From NCBI GenBank assembly GCA_963773185.1, contig CAVZAD010000015.1, positions 849 to 64,848 of the forward strand: a stretch of DNA of 64,000 nucleotides, read 5' to 3'. Below are positions 37,703 through 50,042 of the stretch, piece after piece (positions within the stretch are counted from its first letter, which is position 1; every line of letters starts with the position of its first letter). A program made the position numbers and the translations under genes. The notes below the pieces were generated by a model. That model was not told the DNA's origin and made no database searches. It worked only from the letters and a program-made list of their open reading frames with translations. The stretch is from an uncultured Verrucomicrobiae bacterium. Its GTDB lineage: Bacteria; Verrucomicrobiota; Verrucomicrobiia; Chthoniobacterales; UBA10450.

Positions 37703-38977
<1,275 letters not shown>

Positions 38978-38978
<1 letters not shown>

Positions 38979-39050
38979 CCTCCTGCTCTTGATCTTCTGG
39001 GATCGCGCTAGAGAGCCGATCGATCCGACGGAGGATCAAGAGCAGGAGGT
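38978..39050. terminator. Perfect 17-bp inverted repeat (ACCTCCTGCTCTTGATC / GATCAAGAGCAGGAGGT) between convergent serS and the DUF72 gene
   Basis: Read directly: 38978-38994 versus 39034-39050, with a 39-nt loop. It overlaps the serS stop codon. Confidence 0.5.
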
Positions 39051-39981
39051 GGCAGAGCCTTCCGCCGCTACGGCGCGCTCCGAAAAAGATCGAGCTGACC
39101 GGGGTCGGCCGAGGCGGTTTCCTCGGGCGGAGGGAAGCGAAAGGTCGAAGCCGAGGCGATTAGCGAGGCGTTGACAGGTCTCGGGCGCGAAACCTTCGAA
39201 ATGGTTGTTCACGAAGGTCCAGACATTCCGCGTATCGGCCAGATGCCGCTCGATCTTGAGCGCCCAGCTCTCTAGCGCTGCTTCCCGTTTCCAAAGGAGC
39301 TTGCCGTAACTGTGGACGCGTCCGCCGTCGCGATCGTATTTCGTGGCATAATCGCCCAGGAGGCGCAGGTAAAGGAAGTCGGCCGTGCGCGGAAGGAATT
39401 CGAACGGAGCTAGATTGCGTTCGTTTAGGGGACTGGTGTCGGCCCAAACCCAGCAAATACGGTGTTTCTCAAGCAGGCGAATAACCGGCGGACGATGCCA
39501 GCCCGGGTGGCGAAACTCGATCGCGAAGCGAAAGTCGTGTGGAAGCTGCCTCCAGAAATTGCCGCAAGACTGGTCGGCCTTCCTTGGGCGCGAGGGAGGG
39601 AGGCAATTGGATCAGGATGACCCGGAGCTTGGACTCGAGCGGTTCGATGGCGCGGAGAAAATCCTTGAGCTGGGCGCCGCAATCGCGGAGCCGCCGGCCG
39701 TGTGTGATTTCCCCGGGCAGCTTGCAAGCGAAACGAAAGGCGGCCGGCGTATTTTCCACCCAGCGCTGTACCGTCGATTCCACGGGAGGGCTGTAGAAGG
39801 TAGAGTCGATCTCAACGGCGGGGAAATAATGCGAATAGAACTCGAGCCAGCGGTCTTGGGGCAATTCCGCCGGATAAAAGCTGCCCCGCCATTCCTCGAA
39901 GCTCCAGGCGCAAGTGCCGAGCCTGATTTTTTGCTGTGCCGAGAGATTCAATGGACCTTTCGCAGAATAATCGCACGCCAC
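39036..39981 (-). CDS. DUF72-family protein (frameshifted as assembled)
   Basis: RLGTCAWSFEEWRGSFYP..FYSHYFPAVEIDSTFY..FRFACKLPGEITH..VILIQLPPSL, then in another frame FRFAIEFRHPGW...WVWADTS..FLYLRLLG..VWTFVNNHFEG. The shift is near ~39480. The 3' end is approximate. Confidence 0.7.
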
Positions 39982-40118
39982 CCCCTGAAAAGCTGTCCCA
40001 CCTTCGTTGAGCTACGGCGCGGCAGGCTCGGAGCCTGGGATTCGGGGCCCCGGAACGGCCATTTGTTTGCCCCGGCCAACTTGACTGGGCGGGTAAGGTA
40101 GCTACCCTGCGCAACGCG

Positions 40119-41339
40119 ATGAAATATTCCCTTCGCCTGCTTATTTTGCCTCTCCTGATGTGGTGCACCCTGCCCGGGTCCACCTTTGCCTCCGTGATCT
40201 TTAAGCCCGGCGAAAAAGCCAAATACCAGACCCCGGGTGAGGAGGAAATGAGCGGCAACGCACAGCAGCTCTTCTCGAAGGCGCAGGAGGAGGAGAAGAC
40301 TGGAGATTTTAAGGGGGCGATCAAGGCCTACCGCACTCTGGTGCGACGGCATCCCAATGACACCCTCGCTGCCGGCGCACTTTATCGGATGGCCCAGTTG
40401 CACGAGCAAATCCACCAGCCTCTCAAGGCGGCGCAGGCCTATGCGATCCTCGTGGAAAGATTCCCGAAGAGCGAACGCTTCGATGAATCCATTGAGAGTC
40501 TCTTTCGAATCGGCGAGATGTACCTGGCCGGGAAAAAGGTGAAGATATTGGGCATTCCTTTCAAGGCGTCGATGGAGGAGGCCGCGAATATTTTCATGGC
40601 CATCATTCGGACCTCACCCTTCGGAAAATACACGGCGCGAGCGACCTTCGACCTGGGCCGAGCCCGCGAAAAACAGGGATCGAACGACGCTGCCATCGCG
40701 GCTTATCAATCAGTCGTGGAAAAATTCCCGAATGATCCGGTCGCGATCGATGCGCAATACCAAATCGGGTACATCTGGACGCAGACGACGCGTTCCGGAA
40801 GCTACGACCCGGCGGCCGCAGCCAAAGCCAAGACCGGTTTCCAGGACTTCCTCTATCGCTATCCCAACAGCGAAAAGTCGGCGCAAGCCAAGGAAAACTT
40901 GAAGCGGATGGAGACCCAACAGAGCAGCACCGCTTTCGAGATCGCCAGATTTTACGATAAGCAAAAACATTATCGCGCGGCCGCGATCTATTATAACGAC
41001 GTTATCCGCCAACAACCCGGATCTCAGGAGGGCGATCGCGCGAAAAAAAGAATTTCCGAACTGCGCGCTAAGCTGGGCGACGCCGCCCTTCAACCACCCG
41101 CCGTGACCGCCGCCGCGGCCGACAAGAAGAATCGGAAGACGGAGAAATCGTCCACGTCTCGCTCCGAGGCCGAGATACATAATGAGGCGCCGCTGCCTCC
41201 GCCAGATACCGACGTATCCTTGCCCCCACCTGCCTCGCTCCTGCCCGATACCACGACTGCGCCGCCGCCAACGGAGAGCGAAGCGCTACCGGCACCGGCG
41301 CCTGAGGCTACCCCGGAAGCAGCCGCCACCCCGGAGTAG
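40119..41339 (+). CDS. TPR lipoprotein, BamD/YfiO-like outer-membrane assembly factor
   Basis: Signal peptide, then repeated TPR-like helices (FKGAIKAYRTLVRRHPND, AAQAYAILVERFPKSE, AIAAYQSVVEKFPNDP, FQDFLYRYPNSE, AAAIYYNDVIRQQPGS). The tail is Pro/Ala-rich. Confidence 0.55.
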   Translation: MKYSLRLLILPLLMWCTLPGSTFASVIFKPGEKAKYQTPGEEEMSGNAQQLFSKAQEEEKTGDFKGAIKAYRTLVRRHPNDTLAAGALYRMAQLHEQIHQPLKAAQAYAILVERFPKSERFDESIESLFRIGEMYLAGKKVKILGIPFKASMEEAANIFMAIIRTSPFGKYTARATFDLGRAREKQGSNDAAIAAYQSVVEKFPNDPVAIDAQYQIGYIWTQTTRSGSYDPAAAAKAKTGFQDFLYRYPNSEKSAQAKENLKRMETQQSSTAFEIARFYDKQKHYRAAAIYYNDVIRQQPGSQEGDRAKKRISELRAKLGDAALQPPAVTAAAADKKNRKTEKSSTSRSEAEIHNEAPLPPPDTDVSLPPPASLLPDTTTAPPPTESEALPAPAPEATPEAAATPE

Positions 41340-41842
41340 TGAAAGCGCTCTCCACTTTCCTGCTTGCTTCCCTCTTGAGCGGGTGCGCCGGTTACCATCT
41401 CGGTCCGGCGAAGCCGGCTTACCTTCGCGAGGTCCACTCCATCGCGGTGCCGACGTTCCGGAACACGACGCTCATCCCGCGGACCGAGGTTTTGGTCACC
41501 GGCACCATCATCAAGCAATTCCAGCAGGACGGCACTTATCGGATCGTAAACGAGGGGAATGCCGACGCGATTCTGAAGGGTGAAATCGTTATTGTGGGAC
41601 GTTCACCGGCGCGTTCTGTCCGCGGCAACGTCCTGGCGACGACCGAGTTCAATCTTACGCTCCGGGTTCGCTACACGCTTGTCGGTCGGGATGGGAAGAC
41701 TTTGGCTGGGCCGGCAGACGCATCCGGCTCGACCAGCTTTTTCGTGGGCGAGGATGTGAGCACAGACGAAAGACAGGCATTGCCGCTCGCCGCCGAGGAA
41801 CTGGCCAAGCAACTTGTCAGCCAGTTGAGTGAGGGTTGGTAA
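41339..41842 (+). CDS. lptE: LptE-like LPS-assembly lipoprotein
   Basis: Lipobox LLSGC followed by AGYHLG (GCGWHLR in E. coli LptE). The size is 167 aa. The GTG start overlaps the upstream stop. Confidence 0.65.
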   Translation: MKALSTFLLASLLSGCAGYHLGPAKPAYLREVHSIAVPTFRNTTLIPRTEVLVTGTIIKQFQQDGTYRIVNEGNADAILKGEIVIVGRSPARSVRGNVLATTEFNLTLRVRYTLVGRDGKTLAGPADASGSTSFFVGEDVSTDERQALPLAAEELAKQLVSQLSEGW

Positions 41843-41848
41843 TGTCGA

Positions 41849-42727
41849 ATGAAAGGCAGCGAAAAGCTTTGGGGCATCCTCAACGACAAGCTGGACATGC
41901 TCCGGGCCAGCAATCGGCTGCCTGAGGCGATTCGCATCGCCGAGACCGCGCTCGACCTGGCCAAGCGCTCTTTCGAACCCGGCGACATCAAATACACCCT
42001 GAGCCTGGAGAAACTCGGCCAGCTCCACGATCAGGCCGGAGATCGGGCCGCGGCCAAGCCTTACCTGATCAAGGCCCACGAGTTCCTGGAAAAGGCCGAC
42101 CCGATCGACGGGCGCGCCCTCTTTCGGTCGGCCCGCCGGCTTGGATTTCTCAGCGACAATCTGGGCGAAACCGATGCGGCCATCGGATATTACGAGACCG
42201 CCTTCAAGACCGGCTCCAAACTCGAGGACATCCCTTATTCCGATCTCGGGACGATGTTAAACAACGTCGCCCTGATCTATCGCAAGACGGGGCGGCAAAA
42301 AGCGGCGGAACCCTATTATCTTCACGCCCTGGAGATTTACGAAAAACAGCTGGGTCCGGATCATCCGGACGTTGCATCGGTCCTGAATAACCTCGCCGTT
42401 TTCTATACCAACGAACGCCGCTTTGCCGAGGCGGAGAAAACCCATCTGCGCGCGCTCGCGATTCGGGAGAAAGCGCACCCGCCTACGCATCCCGACATCG
42501 CGCAGTCGAAATGTAACCTCGCAGTCGTTTATCATTCGAACGGCGATTACGCGCGAGCTTCCGAACTCTATCGCGCCTCCATCAAGACCTGGGAGGAGGC
42601 GAGCGAGAAGCCGCCGGAGGATTATGAGATCGTGGCGTCCAATTACGCCGATCTTCTGCGCTCGTTAGGCAAGGCACGCCAGGCGAACCAGCTCGAGGAG
42701 CGCGCGCGGAAGAAGCGGCGCTCCTGA
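41849..42727 (+). CDS. Tetratricopeptide repeat protein (TPR_12 / kinesin-light-chain-like)
   Basis: Repeated units: LNNVALIYRKTGRQKAAEPYYLHALEIYEKQLGPDHPDVASVLNNLAVFYTNERRFAEAEKTHLRALAIREK... Confidence 0.75.
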   Translation: MKGSEKLWGILNDKLDMLRASNRLPEAIRIAETALDLAKRSFEPGDIKYTLSLEKLGQLHDQAGDRAAAKPYLIKAHEFLEKADPIDGRALFRSARRLGFLSDNLGETDAAIGYYETAFKTGSKLEDIPYSDLGTMLNNVALIYRKTGRQKAAEPYYLHALEIYEKQLGPDHPDVASVLNNLAVFYTNERRFAEAEKTHLRALAIREKAHPPTHPDIAQSKCNLAVVYHSNGDYARASELYRASIKTWEEASEKPPEDYEIVASNYADLLRSLGKARQANQLEERARKKRRS

Positions 42728-42753
42728 TTTCAGCGCCCAATAGATACGAAGTC

Positions 42754-42813
42754 GTGAATAGTGACTGGTGATCGGTGAATGGATCCATTCACCAGCCACT
42801 GATCACCATTCAC
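42754..42813. terminator. Imperfect long palindrome of GTGAAT/GTGATC words centred on GGTGAATGGATCCATTCACC
   Basis: The central 20-bp perfect palindrome at 42774-42793 was read directly. The outer arms are partly complementary. It sits between the TPR gene stop and tRNA-Leu. Confidence 0.45.
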
Positions 42814-42884
42814 ATTCTCTCCACCCCCTTTCCCCTTGCGCGAATCGGCCCCGCGCGCACCTTAGCAACCGCTTCCCGACAGTC

Positions 42885-42968
42885 GCTCACGTGGCGGAAT
42901 GGCAGACGCGTACGGCTCAGGACCGTATGGGGAAACCCGTGGAGGTTCGACTCCTCTCGTGAGCACCA
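42885..42968 (+). tRNA. tRNA-Leu (anticodon CAG), long variable arm, CCA encoded
   Basis: Acceptor GCTCACG/CGTGAGC; anticodon arm TACGG-CTCAGGA-CCGTA; variable arm TGGGGAAACCCGT; T arm GGAGG-TTCGACT-CCTCT; then ACCA. Confidence 0.92.
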
Positions 42969-42985
42969 CCTTCTACTGGCCGATC

Positions 42986-44152
42986 TCAGCGGGACGGAGA
43001 AGGATCGGGATACGTCATCCAGTTGGAACGGACGATCTTCAACCCATTCGCGCGCTTCACCAGATCCCACTCCACCCGGGTGTGGCCGGTGCCGTTGTTC
43101 CCAATGACATCCCGTGCCGAATAACGGACGTCAAAGATTACCGTCGCGATCGTCGGTTTTGAGGAGTCCTGCACCTTGACGTCCCCAACCTCAAAACTTC
43201 GCATGGAGAGAGCGGCTATGAACTGTCGCATCTGGTCGGTGACAAAGGCTTTGTCCTTGGGACCGAAGACGTAGTAGTCGACGGTTTCATCGAGGTACGA
43301 TGCTGCTTTGGTCACGTCGCCTCGTTCCATCTCCCGATAGAATGCTTTCGCATAACTTTCCGCCTCGGCGGCGCTGACGAGCGCGCTGGTGCCTGGCGGA
43401 AGCGCGGTGCTCGGTGACGGAGTAGACAGAGAAAGCTCAGCGTTCAGGTTTGTTTGAACTACTGGCGGCGTCTGTGTTGCCGGCGTGGTGTTCGAGGGAG
43501 GCGCTGCGATCGTTGCCGCCGGTTTGGACCGCGCTGGGCCGAAGACCAGGAAAAAGACGACGCCCCCCAGCAGTGTCACAGCGACGGCGGCAAGCGCCAC
43601 CCACTTCCAAATGTTTGGCGACGACTTCGGTGCGACCGGAGGCGGAGCCGTTGTAACAGGCGCCGGCACGCGCAGTTCGGCGACAGGTTCGATCCTGCCC
43701 GCGGGGCGTGCTTCCATCGGTTCGGTCTTCGCCGTCTCCTCGGCGCGCGGCAAAGCCAGGAGCGCTTTCAGCGAGGTTTGGAGCTGCTCGATATGATTTT
43801 CCAGCGGGGGCGTGACTGCATCCAGCCAATGGGGACCACTCAGGTAGTATTCGAGGTCATCGCTGGGGACGACCGGATCGATGCGAAACTGGATGATGTG
43901 CAAGCGGGAGTTCGCCGCCAGTTGGACCTCGCGCAGGACCTGCTCGGAATTATTCGAGTGTTCCGAGAAAATGAGCACGAACGCCCGGCTCTGCTGAATG
44001 GCGCGGGTGATCTCGCCCGAGTACGGGCGCCCCGGCATGACATCGCGCGGAGCGATCCAGCACCGGATTGCGATGCGCTCGAGTGCGGCGCATACGGCGT
44101 TGGCTACCGAACGATTATTCGTCGAGTGGGAAATGAAAACATCGTGCGCCAT
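42986..44152 (-). CDS. TIR domain - single TM helix - NTF2/SnoaL-like domain protein
   Basis: N-terminus: HDVFISHSTNNRSVANAVCAALERIAIRCWIAPRDVMPGRPY..AFVLIFSEHSNNSEQVLREVQLA (TIR_2-type blocks including the Glu position). TM: IWKWVALAAVAVTLLGGVVFFLVF. C-terminus: AKAFYREMERGDVTKAASYLDETVDYYVFG..RVEWDLVKRANGLKIV. Confidence 0.8.
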   Translation of the reverse strand: MAHDVFISHSTNNRSVANAVCAALERIAIRCWIAPRDVMPGRPYSGEITRAIQQSRAFVLIFSEHSNNSEQVLREVQLAANSRLHIIQFRIDPVVPSDDLEYYLSGPHWLDAVTPPLENHIEQLQTSLKALLALPRAEETAKTEPMEARPAGRIEPVAELRVPAPVTTAPPPVAPKSSPNIWKWVALAAVAVTLLGGVVFFLVFGPARSKPAATIAAPPSNTTPATQTPPVVQTNLNAELSLSTPSPSTALPPGTSALVSAAEAESYAKAFYREMERGDVTKAASYLDETVDYYVFGPKDKAFVTDQMRQFIAALSMRSFEVGDVKVQDSSKPTIATVIFDVRYSARDVIGNNGTGHTRVEWDLVKRANGLKIVRSNWMTYPDPSPSR

Positions 44153-44188
44153 AACGCGTGGGTTCTATGGCTCGCGCAATGTGCGCAT

Positions 44189-44800
44189 TTATTTCCTGGC
44201 CGGCTGATACTTCCAGTGTCGTGTCTTGCCTTCGGCCATCCACTTGATCGAGGTCGCGAGCCGTTCCTTGCGGGTTTCTTCGCGTTTCGCTTCGGTGATC
44301 CATTCGAGATACTCGCGCTTCTTGCTTGGCGGAAAATTCTCGAATGTCTTGCCCGCCTTCGCGTTTTTTTTCAAGGCCGCGCTGAAGTAGGCGGGGACGG
44401 AAAGCGGTTCCCGCTTTTTTGGCTGGGTCCGGCCGGGCGCCTTGATGCCGGCCTCGTTGAGCGCGACCGCCTTCTTCACGTAGCCGATGAGCACCTTCTC
44501 GCTGGGTAGATCGGCCAGCGACTTGATGCACCCGAAGCTTCCCATCGCTGTCTTCTCCGCCGCTTTGTCGCGGTCGAAAATCAACGCTTCTTTCCAGAAG
44601 CCGAAGACACAGTGCTGCTTGAAGGCCGCCATCCCGCACATCACTCCCTTGTAATCGAAATGGGGCATGGACCACTTCATCGTTTCTTCGACTCCGGGAC
44701 ATCCGGCATGCACCACCTTGCGGAGGTGCTTCAAGATCGGCTTCGCGAAATCGGCCGACTTGGCGATGTAGGCGTCGATTCTTGGGTCTTTGGCGGCCAT
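44189..44800 (-). CDS. DUF1801 / YdeI-OmpD-associated family protein
   Basis: RIDAYIAKSADFAKPILKHLRKVVH..ETMKWSMPHFDYKGVMCGMAAFKQHCVFGFW and C-terminal FENFPPSKKREYLEWITEAKREETRKERL. Confidence 0.7.
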   Translation of the reverse strand: MAAKDPRIDAYIAKSADFAKPILKHLRKVVHAGCPGVEETMKWSMPHFDYKGVMCGMAAFKQHCVFGFWKEALIFDRDKAAEKTAMGSFGCIKSLADLPSEKVLIGYVKKAVALNEAGIKAPGRTQPKKREPLSVPAYFSAALKKNAKAGKTFENFPPSKKREYLEWITEAKREETRKERLATSIKWMAEGKTRHWKYQPARK

Positions 44801-44899
44801 TAATCTTCTTCTGTTTGATTGGCAGCGAGATTACAAGGCCGCGAAACTTTTTGTCGAGCCGCAAGGCGCGGAAGCAGGGCTCAAGATGACGCAGGGAAA

Positions 44900-44988
44900 A
44901 GTCATCCCGAGCGCAGCGAAGCGAAGTCGAGGGACCCCGAGGAGTCACTAGACGTGCGACGAGGTCCCTCGACTTGCTTGGGATGACA
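44900..44988. repeat. MITE/REP-like palindromic element, copy C
   Basis: AGTCATCCCGAGCGCAGCGAAGCGAAGTCGAGGGACC ... GGTCCCTCGACTTGCTTGGGATGACA. Confidence 0.8.
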
Positions 44989-45076
44989 GTTTTGTTTGTG
45001 CCCTTCCCTACGGGATTTCCTTGAAAAGCAAATCGCGCGTCGCTATCTAAACGGCGGCTCGGAAGCGCTCTTAGCA

Positions 45077-45881
45077 ATGGCTCACGCAGAAATTACCATC
45101 CCGCCGCGAACGTTTGGTCAAACGATGCGTCCTGACGCCTGGTGGGCGCAGCCGCTCCTGGTCTTTTGTGGTCTGGGGGCTTTTATCCTCTATTCGACCT
45201 GGGCGGCGTTCCAGGGAGAGCATTACCACTTCGGCCCTTATCTCTCGCCGTTCTATTCGCCCGAAATTTTCGGCGCGTCGCCGCACAGTTGGTTTGGACC
45301 GAAACCGGCCTGGTGGCCCGGGTGGCTCTTGTTTTCACCGGCGTTGCTGATTCTTTGGGCGCCGGGCGGGCTGCGGCTCACCTGTTATTACTACCGAGGC
45401 GCCTATTACAAGGCGTTCTGGGCCGACCCGCCGGCCTGCACCGTGGGCGAGCCGAGGAAAACCTATCTGGGCGAACGCTCCTTTCCTCTCATCATGCAGA
45501 ACGTGCATCGCTATTTTCTCTATCTCGCGATTCTGTTTATTTTCGTCTTGAGCTGGGACGTCTGGAAAGCGCTCTGGTTCGTTGACCCAGTCACAGGCAA
45601 GACTTCGTTCGGAATCGGTGTCGGCACACTCGTGCTCGCGTTGAACGTTGTTCTTGCTCGGCGGCTTCACTTTTGGATGCCACGCGTTCCGGCACTTGAT
45701 CGGCGGATTCCGCGATCAACTCTCGAAATCGCCCGCCTGCTATCGCGCCTACGCCTGCGTCAGCTGCTTCAATCGCCGCCATATGCTTTGGGCCTGGCTG
45801 AGTTTGTTCTGGGTCGGGTTCTCCGATCTTTACGTGCGACTATGCTCGATGGGCGTCTGGCATGACCTGAGGTTTTTCTGA
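45077..45881 (+). CDS. sdhC: Succinate dehydrogenase/fumarate reductase membrane anchor (single cytochrome-b-type subunit; one frameshift as assembled)
   Basis: A polytopic protein immediately upstream of sdhA. ORF 44996..45865 and ORF 45648..45881 (GGFTFGCHAFRHLIGG) join near ~45650. The assignment rests on position in the CAB operon plus conserved His-containing helices. Confidence 0.6.
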
Positions 45882-45885
45882 GTCG

Positions 45886-47697
<1,812 letters not shown>

Positions 47698-47710
47698 GGT
47701 CCAAAAGAAC

Positions 47711-47831
47711 TGTCATCCCGAGCCGCGTAGACGGCGAGGGACCTCTCAAATGGAAGTCGCGTCACACTAATGTCGGAAAGCGTTCAATTGCAGTTGAAAG
47801 GTCCTTAGTCGTCTGCGCGACTCGGGATGAC
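47711..47831. repeat. MITE/REP-like palindromic element, copy D, inserted between sdhA and sdhB
   Basis: TGTCATCCCGAGCCGCGTAGACGGCGAGGGACC ... GGTCCTTAGTCGTCTGCGCGACTCGGGATGAC. Confidence 0.85.
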
Positions 47832-47863
47832 GGCGCGAGAGATAGCAGATCGCACGAGGCAGT

Positions 47864-48605
47864 ATGAGCATGGCCACTTTCAGGATCTGGCGCGGCGACG
47901 CGAACGGCGGAGCATTCGAAGACTACTCGACGGAAGTCTCCGAAGGCATGGTCGTGCTCGATGCCGTGCACGACATCCAGGCGAAACAGGCGAACGACCT
48001 GGCCTGCCGCTGGAACTGCAAGGCTGGCAAATGCGGCTCGTGCTCAGCCGAGGTCAACGGCATGCCGAAACTGATGTGCATGTCGCGCATCAGCGATCTG
48101 CCGCTGGACAAACCGATCACGATTGAGCCGATCAAAGCCTTCCCGCTCCTGAAAGACCTGATCACCGACGTCTCCTGGAATTTCCAGGTGAAGAAAAAGA
48201 TCAAGAAATTCAAGCCGCGCGCGCCGGATGCCGCCGGATGGCACCTGGCGCATGGCGCAGGTGGACATCGATCGCGTCCAGGAATTCCGAAAGTGCATCG
48301 AGTGCTTCCTTTGCCAGGATGTATGCCACGTTCTGCGCGACCATCGGAAACACGATGAGTTTATCGGTCCGCGTTTCCTGATCTATGTCGCCGCGCTGGA
48401 GATGCATCCGCTCGATACCGAAGATCGCGTCCCGGAACTGAAAGCCACGCAGGGGATCGGCTATTGCAATATAACAAAATGTTGCACGAAAGTTTGCCCG
48501 GAGAACATTCAGATCACCGATAACGCGATCATTCCCTTGAAGGAACGCGTGGTGGATCGGTATTACGATCCGCTGGGCTGGATTTGGAGAAAGCTGAAGA
48601 GGTGA
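47864..48605 (+). CDS. sdhB: Succinate dehydrogenase/fumarate reductase iron-sulfur subunit (one frameshift as assembled)
   Basis: CRWNCKAGKCGSCSAEVNG (2Fe-2S), then after a shift at ~48230: CIECFLCQDVC and CNITKCCTKVCP (4Fe-4S/3Fe-4S). Confidence 0.9.
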
Positions 48606-48608
48606 AAA

Positions 48609-48688
48609 GTTACAGGAGTTACAAGGTTACAAATGTGGCCGACTAAAACCTTCCCGTTTTAACGATGTAATCCTTGTAACCTCTTAAC
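48609..48688. terminator. Imperfect hairpin of GTTACA(A/G)G words after the sdhB stop
   Basis: GTTACAGGAGTTACAAGGTTACAA (48609-48632) and TGTAATCCTTGTAACCTCTTAAC (48666-48688). GTTACAAGG-TTACA pairs with TGTAATCCTTGTAAC with one bulge. Confidence 0.4.
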
Positions 48689-48699
48689 TTCCGCAACGC

Positions 48700-49198
48700 A
48701 TGTTTGAATTGAAACCACTCTCGGGCAGCGCCATTCCCGCCGCGCTGGAAAAGGCTGAGCGTTATCGGCTTCTCAATGAACCCGCGGAGGCGGAGAGCAT
48801 TTGCCGGGATGTGTTGAAGGCCGATCCGGACGAACCAGCGGGCGTTGATCATGCTTCTGCTGGCCGTGAGCGATCGCTTCGGCAAGGGCTATGGCGTTAG
48901 CGACACCCAGGCGAAGGAATTCCTGGCCCAGGTGACGAGTGAATACGACCGCGCCTATTATGCCGGCATTCTGGCGGAGCGCCGGGCCAAGGCAAAGCTG
49001 GCGCAGGGGACACCCGGCTCCCGGTTCTACGCCTATGATGGTTTTCGTGACGCCATGAGCTGGTTCGAAAAGGCGGAGGCCATCCGCCCGGCGGAGAACG
49101 ATGACGCGTTGCTGCGCTGGAACACCTGCGCCCGCATCATCATGCAAAACAAGCTGGTCCCGCGTGATGAAGAGCGCGTGGAGCCGCCTCTGGAGTGA
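48700..49198 (+). CDS. Hypothetical protein (frameshifted as assembled)
   Basis: ORFs 48700..48900 and 48845..49198 overlap in different frames and read as one ~165-aa helical protein (shift ~48840). No family was recognised. Confidence 0.4.
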
Positions 49199-49205
49199 AT
49201 GCAAG

Positions 49206-49256
49206 GGCGCTTGTGCCAAGCGCCTGTTGTTTGGTTAGGCGCTTGGCACAAGCGCC
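49206..49256. repeat. Pair of REP-like stem-loops in inverted orientation (GGCGCTTGTGCCAAGCGCC / GGCGCTTGGCACAAGCGCC)
   Basis: Each unit is an 8-bp stem (GGCGCTTG/CAAGCGCC) with a 3-nt loop. The two units are exact reverse complements of each other. Confidence 0.8.
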
Positions 49257-49271
49257 TCTACATTTCTCGCA

Positions 49272-50004
49272 GTGAAGCCGGAGGCGAAGTCACCCAGAAC
49301 CGATTCCCGCGATCCCGGTGCGGTTCGCGCCATGTTCGACCGAATCGCGCCACGCTACGATCGCGCGAACCATCTGCTCAGCGGGGGCGCCGATTTCTGG
49401 TGGCGACGACGCGCGGCGAAAATCGTGAATGCAATGGCGACCGGACCGCGTGCTTGATCTGGCCGCTGGCAGCGGGGACCTCGCTCTGGCCCTTCAAGGT
49501 CGATTGCCAGAAGTCACGATTATCGCCGCCGATTTTTCACCGGAAATGTTGGAAGTGGCGCGAAGCAAAGGCGTGCGAGAAACCGTCTGGGCCGACGCGC
49601 TTCAGCTCCCGTTCGAAACGGAATCGTTCGACTGTGTGACGGTCGCATTCGGATTGCGCAACATGGCGGATTGGGGTCGGGCTTTGCGTGAAATGGCTCG
49701 CGTCTTGCGCCCGGGTGGGCACTTGCTGGTTCTCGATTTTTCGTTGCCGGCCGGATGGCTGCGGCCGGCCTATCGTTTTTATCTGCACCGTTGCCTGCCG
49801 ATCCTGGCTTCGCTCGTGACCGGTCAGAAGGCAGCGTACGATTATCTCGGCGGCTCGATCGAAGAATTTCCGTGCGGTGATGAGATGCGGCGGCTGGTCG
49901 AGGCAAATGGATTCGCTGCGGCATCGGCTGACGCATTGACCGGCGGAATCGCGACGATCTACACCGCGCAGCAAGTTGTAGAGGCGCTTGTGCCAAGCGC
50001 CTAA
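49272..50004 (+). CDS. ubiE: Demethylmenaquinone/ubiquinone C-methyltransferase (one frameshift as assembled)
   Basis: [22 protein letters not shown], then after a shift at ~49440: [13 protein letters not shown] (SAM motif I), [37 protein letters not shown]. Confidence 0.88.
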
Positions 50005-50037
50005 TCGAATGACAGGCGCTCGCCGCAGCGAGCGCCT
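49983..50037. repeat. Third GGCGCTTGTGCCAAGCGCC unit plus related hairpin AGGCGCTCGCCGCAGCGAGCGCCT
   Basis: 49983-50001 is identical to 49206-49224. 50014-50037 is a 10-bp stem variant. Both downstream contexts share GCGCCTCT(A/G)CATT. Confidence 0.8.
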
Positions 50038-50042
50038 CTGCA

